From Podarcis tiliguerta (taxonomy: Eukaryota), in the NCBI GenBank assembly GCA_965153285.1, contig OZ229115.1: DNA of 64,000 bases; one strand, given 5' to 3'. Numbering within the stretch: position 1 is the stretch's first letter; each line of letters starts with the position of its first letter. A program made the position numbers and the translations under genes. Below, piece by piece: positions 1 to 12,240 of the stretch. The notes beneath the pieces were generated by a model. The model did not search any database, was not told where the DNA came from, and worked only from the letters and a program-made list of their open reading frames with translations.

Positions 1-721
1 TCAAAACTGTGCTTAGTTCCCTGCACTGAAACAGTACGTGTGTGCTATTGTATTAAATTAGAATGCCCAGTAGGTGATTGCTTTTGTTCAAAAGCTCAGT
101 CTCTCTATATAAAATTAATAATTTTCCTCAGCAGCTATGCTGCCTAAGCAAAGTTTAGCCTAAAACAATTCTTCTACTCACATTATAAACCCATGAAAAT
201 AGGGGGCTTATAATGCGAAGGCAGCTAGACCTTTAACAATAGCGTCATGAAAGACGCTGCTATAATTAATGATACTTCAGGAAGATTTATGGGCCTCAGA
301 CGGAGATAAAACAGAAATATCATTGCTTCTTTGCCTCCCATCATTTTATCCTCTATAAAATTTTATGTGAAATAAGTCAAATGAAAAATGTAAGCTCTTA
401 ATCTTTTCCTCGAGTCCCATCTATTACTTGATGAACACTTTTGTAGAATAAATTAGAGCTTTTTATTTCTTATGTATGCACCATTTTGTATTTGAAAAGC
501 AGGGGGAAAGACATTGTTGGACTGGCTAAGGCACCATCCAGAGTATGGATAGTGAGGAAATGAAAAAGCAACAACTTCGGTTGCAATATATTCTTTGATT
601 TTTGGTAAAATCTTCCCTGAAATTATTCCACATTCAAGCAGTCGATAGGACTGGCCCTTTGCTGTACAGTTTAGCTCTGGACAATGGTGAATTTTCAGAA
701 ATCCCAGAGTAAACCTTATCC

Positions 722-722
722 A

Positions 723-755
<33 letters not shown>

Positions 756-783
756 ACTACTACTACTACTACTACTACTACTA
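722..783. repeat. Compound trinucleotide microsatellite (GCT)n(ACT)n
   Basis: Direct reading: a gctgctgct run that switches to actactact; explains the poly-Ser ORF 453..791. Confidence 0.95.
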
Positions 784-1083
784 GGAAGCAAGAGTCAGGA
801 ACAAAAGTAGAGACAAATATAGGAAATGACTTAAACAAGTGAAATTGCTTTAGCAAATATTCTAAATCATAATATGCTCAGTATCAATAGCAGTAAGAGA
901 TGAAAACCGAAAGCAGAGCTAGACATCAGGGCCAGAATGGAGATAATGAAGAAGGAGCAAGGGAAGGGATTGGGGCTGCCACACAAAGCAGAGATGGAAC
1001 TCTTTACAGTGGACAAGTATTACTAAGTCTTCTTTTGTGTGGGGATAGCAGGAAAACAGGCATTAATCAGGCCCTTCCAAACA

Positions 1084-1426
1084 TAAAGGTAAAGGTAAAG
1101 GGACTCCTGACCATTAGGTCCAGTCGTGACCGACTCTGGGGTTGCGGCGCTCATCTCGCCTTACTGGCCAAGGGAGCCGGCATACAGCTTCCATCATGTG
1201 GCAGCATGACTAAGCCGCTTCTGGCGAACCAGAGCAGCGCATGGAAACGCCGTTTACCTTCCTGCCGGAGCAGTACCTATTTATCTACTTGCACTTTGAA
1301 CTTTCGAACTGCTAGGTGGGCAGAAGCAGGGACCGAGCAACGGGAGCTCACTCCGTCGCGGGGATTCAAACCGCCGACCTTCTGATCAGCAAGTCCTATG
1401 CTCTGTGGTTTAATCCACAGCGCCAC
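1084..1426 (-). mobile_element. Sauria SINE, near full length
   Basis: Reverse complement of the (ACCTTT)n tail (taaaggtaaaggtaaaggg) at 1084; body gactctggggttgcggcgctcatctcg...; tRNA-derived head near 1360-1426; homologous to the copies at 11560 and 20461. Confidence 0.92.
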
Positions 1427-1979
1427 ATAACAAATTTGGGAGAAATTCCACCTGTGAGGCACTGCAGGAAACAACTAAGGGAACTCAAGTGGTCCAGAGC
1501 ACTAACGCTGAACCACAGCACCCCCTCCCCTACATTATACATAACACTGTCTCACATAAGTAACATGACTGGTGAGGACCCAGCAGCCTCAGTGACCCAG
1601 CAGCCTAGGCACTGCATACATTCATTCATTCAGTGCAGCCTAGGCGCTGAATTTAGAATCTGAGTTCTCCTTAATGACACACATCAATTCTTTATAGAAG
1701 CAAACTTTACTGGGGTTATTTAAGTAACAACAGAAAAAGATCCTGTAGCCCAATGCAATATAAATGAGTAAAACAAATTAGAAGTTCAGGGACCCTTGGA
1801 GTATAGAACCAGTACACACTAAAGTAAGAAAGGCTTTCCCAGCTAACATTAGCATATACCTTTCTCTCCAGCGTCAAACCAACCAGTCCTAGCACTGCAT
1901 CCAGGCACCAGCTTAAAAGTTGGGTGTCATCATTGTGCCCCAAGCCTAATAACTATTTCCAATAGCTTCATATATACAT

Positions 1980-2170
1980 TAAAGGGAAAGGACCCCTGGG
2001 CAGTTAAGTCCAGTCAAACTTGACTAGGGGGTGCAGACCTCATCTCGCTTCAGGCCGAGGGAGCTGGCGTCTGTCTGCAGACAGCTTTCCGGGTTATGTG
2101 GCCAGAATGACTAAACCGCTTCTGGCACAAAAGGACACTGTGATGAGTGCCAGAGCACATGGAAATGGCG
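1980..2170 (-). mobile_element. Sauria SINE 3' half (second subfamily)
   Basis: aaagggaaaggacccctg...gtctgtctgcagacagctttccgggttatgtggccagaatgactaaaccgcttctggc; reverse-complement match to the 3' part of the 7037 copy. Confidence 0.85.
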
Positions 2171-4944
2171 CATTGGGGGGTGGAATAGTGCCCTGCTGGA
2201 CATACTCTCCTACAGAGTGAATAAAAAATTGTGATTTATAAAATAATAAAAGAAAACTTTTTTTAAAGTAAACACCAAGTTTCTCTATAATAATAACTTA
2301 TTTAATAGTAATTAATCTGAGTACAAGTATGCAAGCCTTACACTTAATTTCAGAACTGAATTAATGCCTCCTTCCAGATACATTGAGCTAAAGGAGGCTC
2401 TTCTATGTAAATGAACCAATTTGATCATTTCTCAGGATTCTTTTCCACTCTACCTACCAAGCACAGGTACTTCATATTCACTTTATAGTGAAAATAAACT
2501 GCTCCAGTTCATCCAGTAATTATCACACTTTTCTTCAACCTGTCAGTTATGAGCTTTTCATTTTTGCTACTTTGTTTTTGTGAGTGGGGGGCTGGTCCAA
2601 AGCCGAGTAAAGCAGAAAGGAGCAACGCTGGAAAGAAAAGGAGGCAATGTGCTGTGTGCAGGTTTCTTATATACGCACGTTGAGCTTCACAAATACCATG
2701 GCAGATAGTCATAAGGCAGGCCCTATATATGGGAATATATAGGTAGGGAAAAAGGGAAAACACATTCAGTACAACAAATAAATGCTACACCTGGTTGTAA
2801 AAATGAAACAACAGTGCAAAAAATGCACCATTTACTTGCAACTTAACACAAGTCCTTGCTCAAATTTGTACCATTGTTCATCAAGCATATGAAGTTTCCA
2901 TGAGAAACTTGATTTAAGTAGGTATCTCACTTCCCCCGCCCCTGCCAATTTAAAACATTTCTTTAAATTACCTTGATTGAAATCAGTTCTGCCTGCTTTT
3001 ACAACTTCTGTCCATAAACTGCGAGAAATCCTGGCGAATGAGCTGGAGACAAGCAAATGGTTCGATAGTGGAACAATTGATGGTAGTCCTCCCTTGTTGA
3101 AGGTCTTCAGAGAAGGAACTGGACAGTCAACTTTTGCAGATGCTCCAGTTCTGGATTTCCTGTCTTGAGATTAGAGTATGCATGTGCGTGGAGTAGGTGG
3201 CCTATGATGCTTCCTTCAACCAGCGGTGGAGTGTATCTTCCCCGTGCCCAGAGTGATGTGAGGAGGATGCAACAGGGCAGGCACACGCCCTTCCAATCAT
3301 CCCCGAGGCAATGCCCCCCCCCCCGTTACCCTGCGCATGCTACACTGTGGACTCAAACTAAGCATTACCTCTTGGTTCCTCCTTGGTGAATCTCAACATC
3401 TTCTCCACCTTATTCCACAAGGAGAACTGGCTAGATCAACCATATAGGAAGAGGACAATTCAAGGGCCATTCAGTATGTCAGAATCAGCATGCAACTGTC
3501 GATTTTTGCAGTTCTTTCAGTATAACCAGCAACCTGTGTAAGCTGAAAGAGTGCTTCACGACTCCCTGTAACACCACAAAAGCAGATTATGGGGTAGGTT
3601 GCCCATTTCCTGTGGGAAGCCAGCATGCTAGAACAATACATGGATCTGGGTTCTCTTGCTGCTATAGAGCATTGGCTGCACCAATGGGATTCTCCGTGGT
3701 AGCGGGTTCTAGAATGTCTTCTAAATATATGCTGTAACATTCCTTTGAACTGATCCCGCCCACAGAGCTTGGTGGCTAACTAGGTTTTCAGCCCATCTAT
3801 TATTGATCATGCCTCTTAAGTCTGCAGGAGATTACTTTAACATAAGATTATTGCTGCTCTGCATTGTCTGACTTTTAAGTTTCGGAAGCAGAATTGATCT
3901 TTGATGTGTTTTAAGTCTATAGTAATTTGAAGCTCAAACAGACTGACTGCAGCTTTATGGGAACAAAGCTATTGGAACATGATAGACCTTGCCATGACAG
4001 GGCTCCGTCTGACCTAATTTTTCTTCTGGGCTTATCTTTTTCATTCATCAAAGTTGCACAAAGCCTTTGGAAAGCTGGGTTTCAATGGAAACACCTGCAG
4101 AACTCTGAAAGCCACCTCATAAGTGGGTTTCTGCTTCTCTACCACCAAATATACTATGTCTAAATGTGCTGTTTTGCAGTTTCTACACCCCCTTTTGTTG
4201 AAACTAATGAGTCACGATTAGAGTAATGCTTTTCTGTGACTTCAAAACCATTTTGCTTAATGAGGTACTAAGTCTTTATAATTAGGCCCAGAAGGGAACT
4301 GGGACATGGCCCCTTAAGAACAATAATTATTTAGGTTATTTATGGTAATAAAATGTAGAAAATAGGAATGCTTCCTCAGAATGTGGCTATTTATTCTTTT
4401 ACATATTGCCTAACAGGCAATTACCCTATTAATGCAACGTTTTGTTGCTAAAGACATTAATTGAAATGTAAATTAAATGTAAATTGGCTAATTAAATTGA
4501 TATGTAATGAACTTGTCATGCAGGCCTCTGAGATCAGATGCATTTGGCTAATAAACAAGTATTACTGAAGTACAATTGTGCCAGTAGAGTTTAAGTTGCA
4601 TAAGCACTGCCTTTATATGTAGCCTCAATATCAAGTGGTTTGCAATGAGTGGTTACAATGAGATGTTTCAACTTTAGTAATATGACTCTTCGTGTGCAGC
4701 AAACTCCTGAGCAATTTCAGTGGAGTTGTTAATTTCATTCCTTAATTTTTTTGGTGGTTGATAGAGTTAAGCGCTGAATGTTTTCTGGGCCACTGACGGA
4801 GCCCACTGAGCAGTAGTCATGAGAACTGTGGGACTTTATGAAGAATGAAAACTTAGCATTTATATTGCACTTCATAGTGCTTTGCATACATATTCTCAGC
4901 AAACCTTGAAATTTTCACAGGCAAGCCAATATTTATTAATCGCA

Positions 4945-5382
4945 GAAGGCCTGATCCAGAGGCTTCAGCTGGGGCAAAATGCTGCAGCTAAGCTGTTGAT
5001 GGAGACAGACTGTTGCCAGCTGATAACTCAGGTGCTCAAAAGCTTCCACTGGCTGCACATATGCTGCTGGGCCAAATTCAAGGCTCTTATATTATTTTAC
5101 AAGGCCTTTAACAACTTGGGTCCAACTTGGGACTGCCTGTTAGCGGCTCGGATGCACAGTTTATATCCACCAGTTGCTTGTGTTCGGTGTTGCGGTCCCA
5201 GTTTGATGGAACTTTTTTCCAGCTGAGGTCAGACAGACCCTCTCCCTGTTGAATTTCCTGGGCCTTTTATTGCAGCAGGTATTTGAACTGATTTTATAGT
5301 TTTAACTCATTTTTAGTCTCCTGCACACTGACTATAATTAAGCAGTATGCAAGCTGTTGAAATTAAACCAATAAATAAACTA
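4945..5382 (+). mobile_element. L2 LINE 3' fragment (ORF2 C-terminus plus decayed 3' UTR)
   Basis: Peptide LIQRLQLGQNAAAKLL...ITQVLKSFHWL...KFKALILFYKAFNNLGP matches the L2 motif LQLVQNAAARLL...HITPVL..LHWLP...FKVL.L.YKALNGLGP; AATAAA-rich tail near 5370. Confidence 0.85.
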
Positions 5383-5555
5383 ACTCTCTTTCATTAGAAG
5401 CTTCTAAGCAGAGTCTGGACAGTCTTATCAGGGATCCTGTCGCAGTGGGTTCCAAAGGCCTAGTGGCTGTTGCTTAGATTAGGCTAAAACGTTGCTTATA
5501 CTTTCAGAAACCTCTAAATAAGTCAAGACAGACTCAGAAATCTCTTATGAGTTCC

Positions 5556-5658
5556 ATTTCCCATCACTTGCTATGTGATAGCTGGAGATGTCAAGGATCA
5601 AAGCTGGGGGTTTTTTGCATGCAGAGTGTGTGCTCTGCCACTGAGCTGTTTCCATCCC
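5556..5658 (-). mobile_element. Short tRNA-derived squamate SINE (Squam3-like), decayed
   Basis: Reverse complement gggatggaaacagctcagtggcagagcac...tgcatgcaaaaaacccccagctttgatccttgacatctccagc shows an A-box and a degenerate B-box head. Confidence 0.6.
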
Positions 5659-5885
5659 TACAGTCACTGTACACTTTGCCATTGCCACGGTGCCTGTACC
5701 CGCTTGCTAACTGCTGCTGCCATTTTTATTTTATGCATATTAGGCTCTGTTCAGAAGATCAAACCTAAAAATGGTCATAGCAGAAATGAACCGTGGTGGT
5801 GGCTGGGAGGGTCAAGGGGAGGCAGAATCAGAAGGCATTTGCATTGGGTAGCAGGTAGTTGGTTCCAAATATGTGAAAATGATGA

Positions 5886-6068
5886 GGATTTTATTATTTG
5901 TATCCCACCTATCTATATCCCACTCTGGGCAGCTTCCAACAAATATAAAAGCATGCTAAAACATGGGAGATTAAAAACTTTCCTATACAAGACTGCCTTC
6001 AGATGCCTTCTAAAAGTTATATAGTTATCTGTCTCCTTGACATCTGATGGGAGGGCGTTCCACAGGGA
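5886..6068 (-). mobile_element. L2 LINE 3' end
   Basis: ttattatttgtatcccacc...ctgccttcagatg...gacatctgatgggagggcgttccacaggg; clearly homologous to 26209-26450. Confidence 0.8.
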
Positions 6069-7036
6069 CTCTCAATAAAACAGGCGCATGGATACAGGGG
6101 AGCACATGCCACTGATCCCAAATCCCAGCATTTTTTCTTTCTTTCTGTATCCTTTCAGGGGGGAGGGATTGTTATTTGAGCCTGAGAATCTCTGCCGCTT
6201 CAAAATCAGCCTCTCAAATTAAAAAGAAGCATGGTTAGAAAATGGATCAGCTGGCTGCATCTATGGTAATGAGCGTAAAACGTATGCAGTCCAGTCACTT
6301 TGCTTGTCCTGTATCATATCTTTCAGCAGGCTAATTTTCCAGGCTGAAATGCACAGAGGATTTTGGTTCAGTGGGTTTAACTGAAGCGCAGCTATCTGGA
6401 AATGGCAGCGTTATCTACTATAAAGTAATGCCTTTCATTTGATCTCCTATTTTAGGCTAGGCCAGCAAAGTCTTAAATGCCTGGAAAAGTATCTCATCAT
6501 ACGCTGGTCCTCGGGTAGGTCATCTAGTCCAAGGCTGCCAAGTCATTTTCCAGCACCAGTTTCTGAGATGACCCAAGATCTTAACAATCTCCCTTCTTGT
6601 TGTGCTGCACAACTGCATTTTGTGCACAGGAAACCATTTCCCCCTTCATTTTTTAATTTAAGGAGCAACCTGCCTTCCTAGAGTTCCAGTTCTTCTGGGA
6701 GTATTTAGAAACACACACATACCAATTTATACAGCTATCTTGTTTTCCATTATATACCTTCAAAGTGCTCACAATATGAAATATATTCCATGGGTGAAGA
6801 AATAGTAGCCAACATTGGCCTACAGTACAAATTAATTATGAGGAGGAATTGAACGAGAATTTGAAAATAATAAAGCTTGACGACTTTGGAGTATTCAGAG
6901 TAGTTCACATATATTTAAATATAGGAAAGCACTCTCCTAAGGGTCCCAAACATTAACTGACCAGTAGTCAGTGCATTTATTAAAATGTTCAACATGCACA
7001 CTACTGCTTGTCATCCCGAGGTCTTACTCTTGCGTA

Positions 7037-7420
7037 GGGATGCAGATGGCGCTGTGGTCTAAACCACTGAGCCTCTGGGGCTTGATGATCAAAAGTTGAC
7101 AGTTGGAATCCCCACAATGGGGTGAGCTCCCGTTGCTTGGTCTCAGCTCCTGCCAACCTAGCAGTTCGAAAGCACGCCAGTGCAGGTAGATAAATAGGTA
7201 CCGCTGTGGCGGGAAGGTAAACGGCGTTTTCGTGCACTCTGGTTTTCTTCACAGTGTTCCATTACACCAGAAGCGGTTTAGTCATTCTGGCCACACACCT
7301 GGAAAGCTGTCTGTGGACAAATACCGGCTCCCTCGGCCTGAAAGCAAGATGAGTGCTGCAACCCCATAGTCACCTTTGACTGGACTTAACCATTCAGGGT
7401 TCCTTTACCTTTTACCTTAC
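7037..7420 (+). mobile_element. Sauria SINE, full length, with TSD
   Basis: Head gggatgcagatggcgctgtgg, tail tcctttacctttacc; flanking direct repeat cttactcttgcgt (7023-7035) / cttactcttgcat (7416-7428). Confidence 0.93.
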
Positions 7421-7594
7421 TCTTGCATCTGCCTTTCCCACCCTTCCTGCCAGTCCCCCCCCCCCCCCCCCATCTTCCACAGGAGGGAAATATTGCCTTG
7501 GGAAAAGGGTTAACAGGTGAGGGAGAGCAAAAGAGTGGATCAGGCAAGTGGACAAGGCGACATCCTGCATGAAGTGTTGGACACACAATCCCTA

Positions 7595-7840
7595 AGACTG
7601 GAAGAGGGCCTTTTTGGTGGTGGGCCCTGTTTATGGAATGCTTTCCCCAGAGAGGATTGCCCGATGCCTATTCTTGCTATCGTTCTGTCACCAAGTGAAG
7701 ACCATTAAACATTCTCCATGGTCTTAGTTTTAAAACCAAAATAGTACTACTTCCAGTTGTTTGCCTACCGGTTTGGCTTTCATATTTATTTATTGCGTTT
7801 TTCATTGTGTAAATCATTCTGAGGCTATTTATATTGAAGG
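7595..7840 (+). mobile_element. L2 LINE 3' end, decayed
   Basis: agagggccttttggtggtgggccctgtttatggaatgctttccccagagagg corresponds to the L2 RAFSVVAP.LWNALP motif, followed by a T-rich 3' UTR. Confidence 0.65.
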
Positions 7841-9278
7841 AGAGGTTTTGACAATACCATGTACATCTTCAAAATGGGTGTATTCCTCACTCCTATTCTC
7901 AGGAGTAGAAGTGGGAGATTTGGATGGCTCAGCTAATGTGGCAACAGCTTCACTTGCCAACACAGGGTGTCTTCCTTACCTTTTCAGCCTTTGCACCTCA
8001 ATCCAAACCGGTCCTGTCACTGCAGTGGCAATGAGGAGCAGGGAGTATTCCCATAGCTCAGGTCCTTTAGCTGCATAGCTGGTCATGCTCGATTATGATC
8101 TTCGCACGGTAGGTAGATAGTTTGCATCAGTCTAAAGCTCACTTTGGTTCCTTCCATTTCATTTCCACTAATGGCATCTTGACATGCACTTTATGGTGTC
8201 TTCACTTCTTTCAAAGATCTAGATTTTTGGAGAAACGGCCAGTAAATGTAGTTAGGAAATCCATTGCACTCTTGCAATATTATTAATCAAACATACATCA
8301 TCACTCCCCACAGCCCTTCAGGGTGTGACCTTTGCTCAGTTCCCTACCCCCCCCCCCCTTTACAGGCATTAAATAAATCAGTCCGAGCACAAAGTCAGTC
8401 AGCTTCTGATCCTGATATTACTTTAGCTGATTTGTTTCCACCAGGTGTCCCTAAATGGTTAACATCTGCGGTTTCCAGAGAGAGAAACGTGATGAACACA
8501 GCAAGAGGGTAAGAGCTGATTAAAATTCATCCTGCTATATCATCCATAAATAAGAAATAAAGATGAGAAGAAAGAAAGAGACATGTCTGTGATTAATCAA
8601 TCTTAAAATGGTCACTGCCTGCTTCCTGCTTTTCATACAAATGCAGCTCACATACAGACCCCCAAAGAGTGGCAAGCATATTGCTTTTATTAGCCAGAAA
8701 TATGAAATTCAACAAATATCAGGTATTTTATTCAGATGCACACTCAAACAGTATTATAAATCACAACATCATCAAACTATGCAAAGTCAAGTATTAACGA
8801 TCTGGGTCTCCATTCAGCTGCTGATAGTATTGACATGTTAGGGAAAGCTGAAAGTCTTCATTGATTAGTCCATGTGATTAACCAGTTGATTAATCACAAA
8901 TTCAAGGAGCCTTTTCAATGAGAGCTATCCCCAGGGGTTGCAGTGCTGATAGCATCATTGTGATGAATCTGTGATCTCTTGAATTAAGCCATGTGTTTTG
9001 ATGATGTTCTAAACAAGGAGCTGCCAGGGTTATTTAAGTAAAGGTAAACTAATCTATACTAAGAGGATCCTGTTCTGCTATCAGTTACACATAGCCACAT
9101 GTTGAAATGGTGGGCAGGGTTGCAAATAAGAGATGCTGTAATCTTGATTGTGCAGTCAATTTGCCCAATTAAAAAGATAATATGCAAAAGAGTGAACTGA
9201 TTTAAAAGATCATCAGTTTATTGCACAGTGTTGCAATGTTCAACCCAGTGAATTAGAATGAGAAAATTCTACAAATCT

Positions 9279-9800
9279 TAGAATAATAGAATTGTACAGT
9301 TGGAGTCTACCCCAAGGGTCATCTAGTCAAACCCCATGCAAAGCAGGAATCTCAACTGGATCATACATGACAGATGGCCCTCAAGAACTTCCAAGGAAGG
9401 AGAATTCACAACCTCCCAAGGGAATCTGTTCCACAGTCTCATAGCTCTTACTGTCAGAAAGTTCTTTCTGATGTCTAGTCAGAATCTCCTTTCTTGTAAC
9501 TTGAACCCATCCAAGTTTGCTTCATTTTCCATGTGGCAGCCCTTTAGATATTTGAAGATGGCTACCATATCTCTTCAGTCTCCTCTTTAACAGGCTAAAC
9601 ATATCCAGCTTCCTCAACTGCTCCTCATAAGGCTTGGTTTCCAGACCCCTGATCATCTTGGTTGTCCTCCTTTGCACATGGTTCCAGCTTATATCCTTCT
9701 TAAATTGCGGTGCCCAGAACTGGACACAGTATTGCAGGTGTGGTCTGACCAAGGCAGAATAGAGTGGGACTATTACTTCCCTTGATCTAGACACTTTTCT
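9279..9800 (-). mobile_element. CR1 LINE 3' end (RT C-terminal region and tail)
   Basis: Minus [37 protein letters not shown]...[23 protein letters not shown] is a canonical CR1 ORF2 segment; ATTCTA-type tail seen as tagaataatagaat at 9279. Confidence 0.95.
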
Positions 9801-11559
9801 CAATTTCTAGATTCCAGTCATGGGTCTCATCCCACCAAGTTTCAGTAATGCCTAGGTTAGTTGATCAAAAGAGGAAAATGAAACCTAGCTTTCTCTGGTC
9901 CAGATATCGGTGTCCCTAGTTGGCTGCCTATGATTTTTTTTTATTCCTGATTCTTGTCCTACTGTTGCCCCTTGTCAAACCAAAAACCCAAACTAAAAAC
10001 CCAACACTCAACCACAGCATCTGTTTATAACACAAATCTTCCAAACTGCCTTCAACTCTGAGAAAAATATAACCAGCCTGGATCCCATTTAATCATCTTC
10101 TTCATCATCCATATCCATCATAGAAGGAATGGGTGTCTTTCATATTTTAAAGTAACCAAAACTCCCTGTGACATCTGAACTGGGGAGACTGGCTTCTTTG
10201 AATTATGGTTTGAGAATCAAGTCAGGTCCTGAAAACATGGTTTAATCCTGGCTTGTTCTCATTAATGAACAGTAGATTTGCAGCAGCTTGCTCACATAGT
10301 AGAAAGCCATAGTTTCCCATTACATGTGGAGCGAGCGAGTGAGAGAAAACGATCTCTGAACAATGTTGTGTTTGCACTATCTCCAGGTAAGGCAGCAGGC
10401 ATGCTTTTTTATTTCTGAACTTGCAGCTGTATATATATTGTTTCTTTTTAGGTTATAGCAGTTCACAGTGGTTTCCAGCAGATGAACTATTCAATTACTT
10501 CAGGGCTTTTCCATTTGTAATAGTATGGAGCAGTGATAGCCAGAAGACTTCACCTGTCTTTTAGAGATAGCCAGACTGGCAATTTGAAACTGTTCATTTT
10601 ATCCACACCAGTAAATTTCATAAAATGGTTATAGAAAGATTCCTTTTCTGTCTGCAGAACCTTCTCCCGGGAATTCCATATACAATATTGTCGGAGCCGT
10701 AATGGACACAACCTGAGATTGCATTAATGTTCCCCTAGCAAAAGAGTCAACTCATTTTGTGTTTCTGTAACAGGTTTGCAGCTTGGCAGTAAAGGTGCTT
10801 GATGGTGTGACAGGACAAAAAGAATAATTTTAAATGAAGCCCACCCCACCCTGTCACTGAAAAGTGCCTAATTCCACCATCAGAGAGAGTCCAATTCAAC
10901 CTAAGACTATCTGTGTTTGGGGGTTATGGTAGGATTTGTTTGTCAGAAGAGCAGAATGCGCAGAAAACAAAGTAATTTTATTCTTTTTTTTAAAAAATAT
11001 ATATGGTGAAAGGTCATCTTTAGTGGTTCACCTTTGGGTCACATACTGTTTGCTTAACCCCTTCATCAATAATAACACCAGTGGAACAATCGAGTTGTAA
11101 AATTAAGAGGGACCTCAGATGCTTATTTATTTACCCCCTGTACTGTTCCTAAAATGTCTCCTGCTTTTTCTTAGAAACTCTTTATTGGTGAAGATTCCAC
11201 AGCCTTGCTAGGTACCTCATTTTACTGCCCAAATATAACCCCTGACACTCTGCCTTTTGTTCCTCTATGTAGCAGCTAGGTTGGGTGGGGTGGGGTGAGG
11301 AAAGGCCCACCCATTAGTTCTATGGCACAGAGCAAATTATTTGGCTATGCAAAATCCAGGTCCTTAGCTAGCCAGCCAAAGCTATTACCTTGACAAAGGA
11401 ACTGATTTGGCAAAGTTCCCTTTGTATATTTTACGCTCACAGATAGAGGATTGCAGGCTCAGAAAGGGGAACCAGGGTTCCATCCAGATTAACCCCACCC
11501 CCAACTCATAACAGTACCTAAGAGAAAATGTGTATTTCTGTACCACCATCTCACCAAAT

Positions 11560-11900
11560 GGGACACGGGTGGGGCTGTGGGTTAAACCACTGATCCTTGG
11601 GCTTGCTGATCAGAAGGTTGGCGGTTCGAATCCCTGTGATTGGGTGAGCTCCTGTTGTTTGGTCCCTGCTCCTGCCCACCTAGCAGTTCGAAAGCACATC
11701 AAAGTGCAAGTAGATACCGGCGGGAAGGTAAATGGCGTTTCCATGTGCTGCTCTGGTTCACCAGAAGCGGCTTAGTCATGCTGGCCACATGACCCGGAAG
11801 CTGTACGCCGGCTCCCTTGGCCAATAAAGCAAGATGAGTGCCGCAACCCCAGAGTCGGTCACGACTGGACCTAATGGTCAGGGATCCCTTTACCTTTACC
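11560..11900 (+). mobile_element. Sauria SINE, full length, with TSD
   Basis: Head gggacacgggtggggctgtgg, B-box ggttcgaatccc, tail ccctttacctttacc; TSD atctcaccaaat / atctcacaaaat. Confidence 0.93.
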
Positions 11901-12240
11901 TATCTCACAAAATATCATAGCACTGTACAACACAATTAAAAACACAAGCACACAATTAAAAACAATATACATAATCATTAAAGCAAGTTGCTCATTTAAA
12001 AGCTGCCAAGGCCTGTTGGCATGAAAAAGAGATACCTGAAAGTCAAAAGCGAGTGTGTTTGCAGCATCTCTTCTGGAACAGCGTTCCACAGCATGGGAAC
12101 TAAATGTCCAACTTCTAGTTGTGGCCAGTCAGTCCTTTGTAACACAGTGCCACACATGTACATGTCAGGGCACCTTAATCAGCTTTCCTTTTTTGTGAAC
12201 TCTTTCACCAGCAAGCATGGGAGAGGTACCATCAGAAAGC
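11901..12240 (-). mobile_element. Old L2 3' end interrupted by the Sauria SINE (also extends to about 11530-11559)
   Basis: AT-rich tail remnant, then gcatctcttctggaacagcgttccacagcatggg, the reverse of the LWNAL/P motif. Confidence 0.55.

Noticed and set aside
453-791. Poly-Ser ORF of 112 aa
   Set aside because: Created by the (GCT)n(ACT)n microsatellite; the remainder is not a recognisable protein.
900-1663. ORFs of 161 and 115 aa
   Set aside because: They run through a Sauria SINE; the same peptides recur at other SINE copies.
2509-3168. Open frames on both strands with some splice-like signals
   Set aside because: No recognisable protein and no consistent exon chain; cannot be supported without a search.
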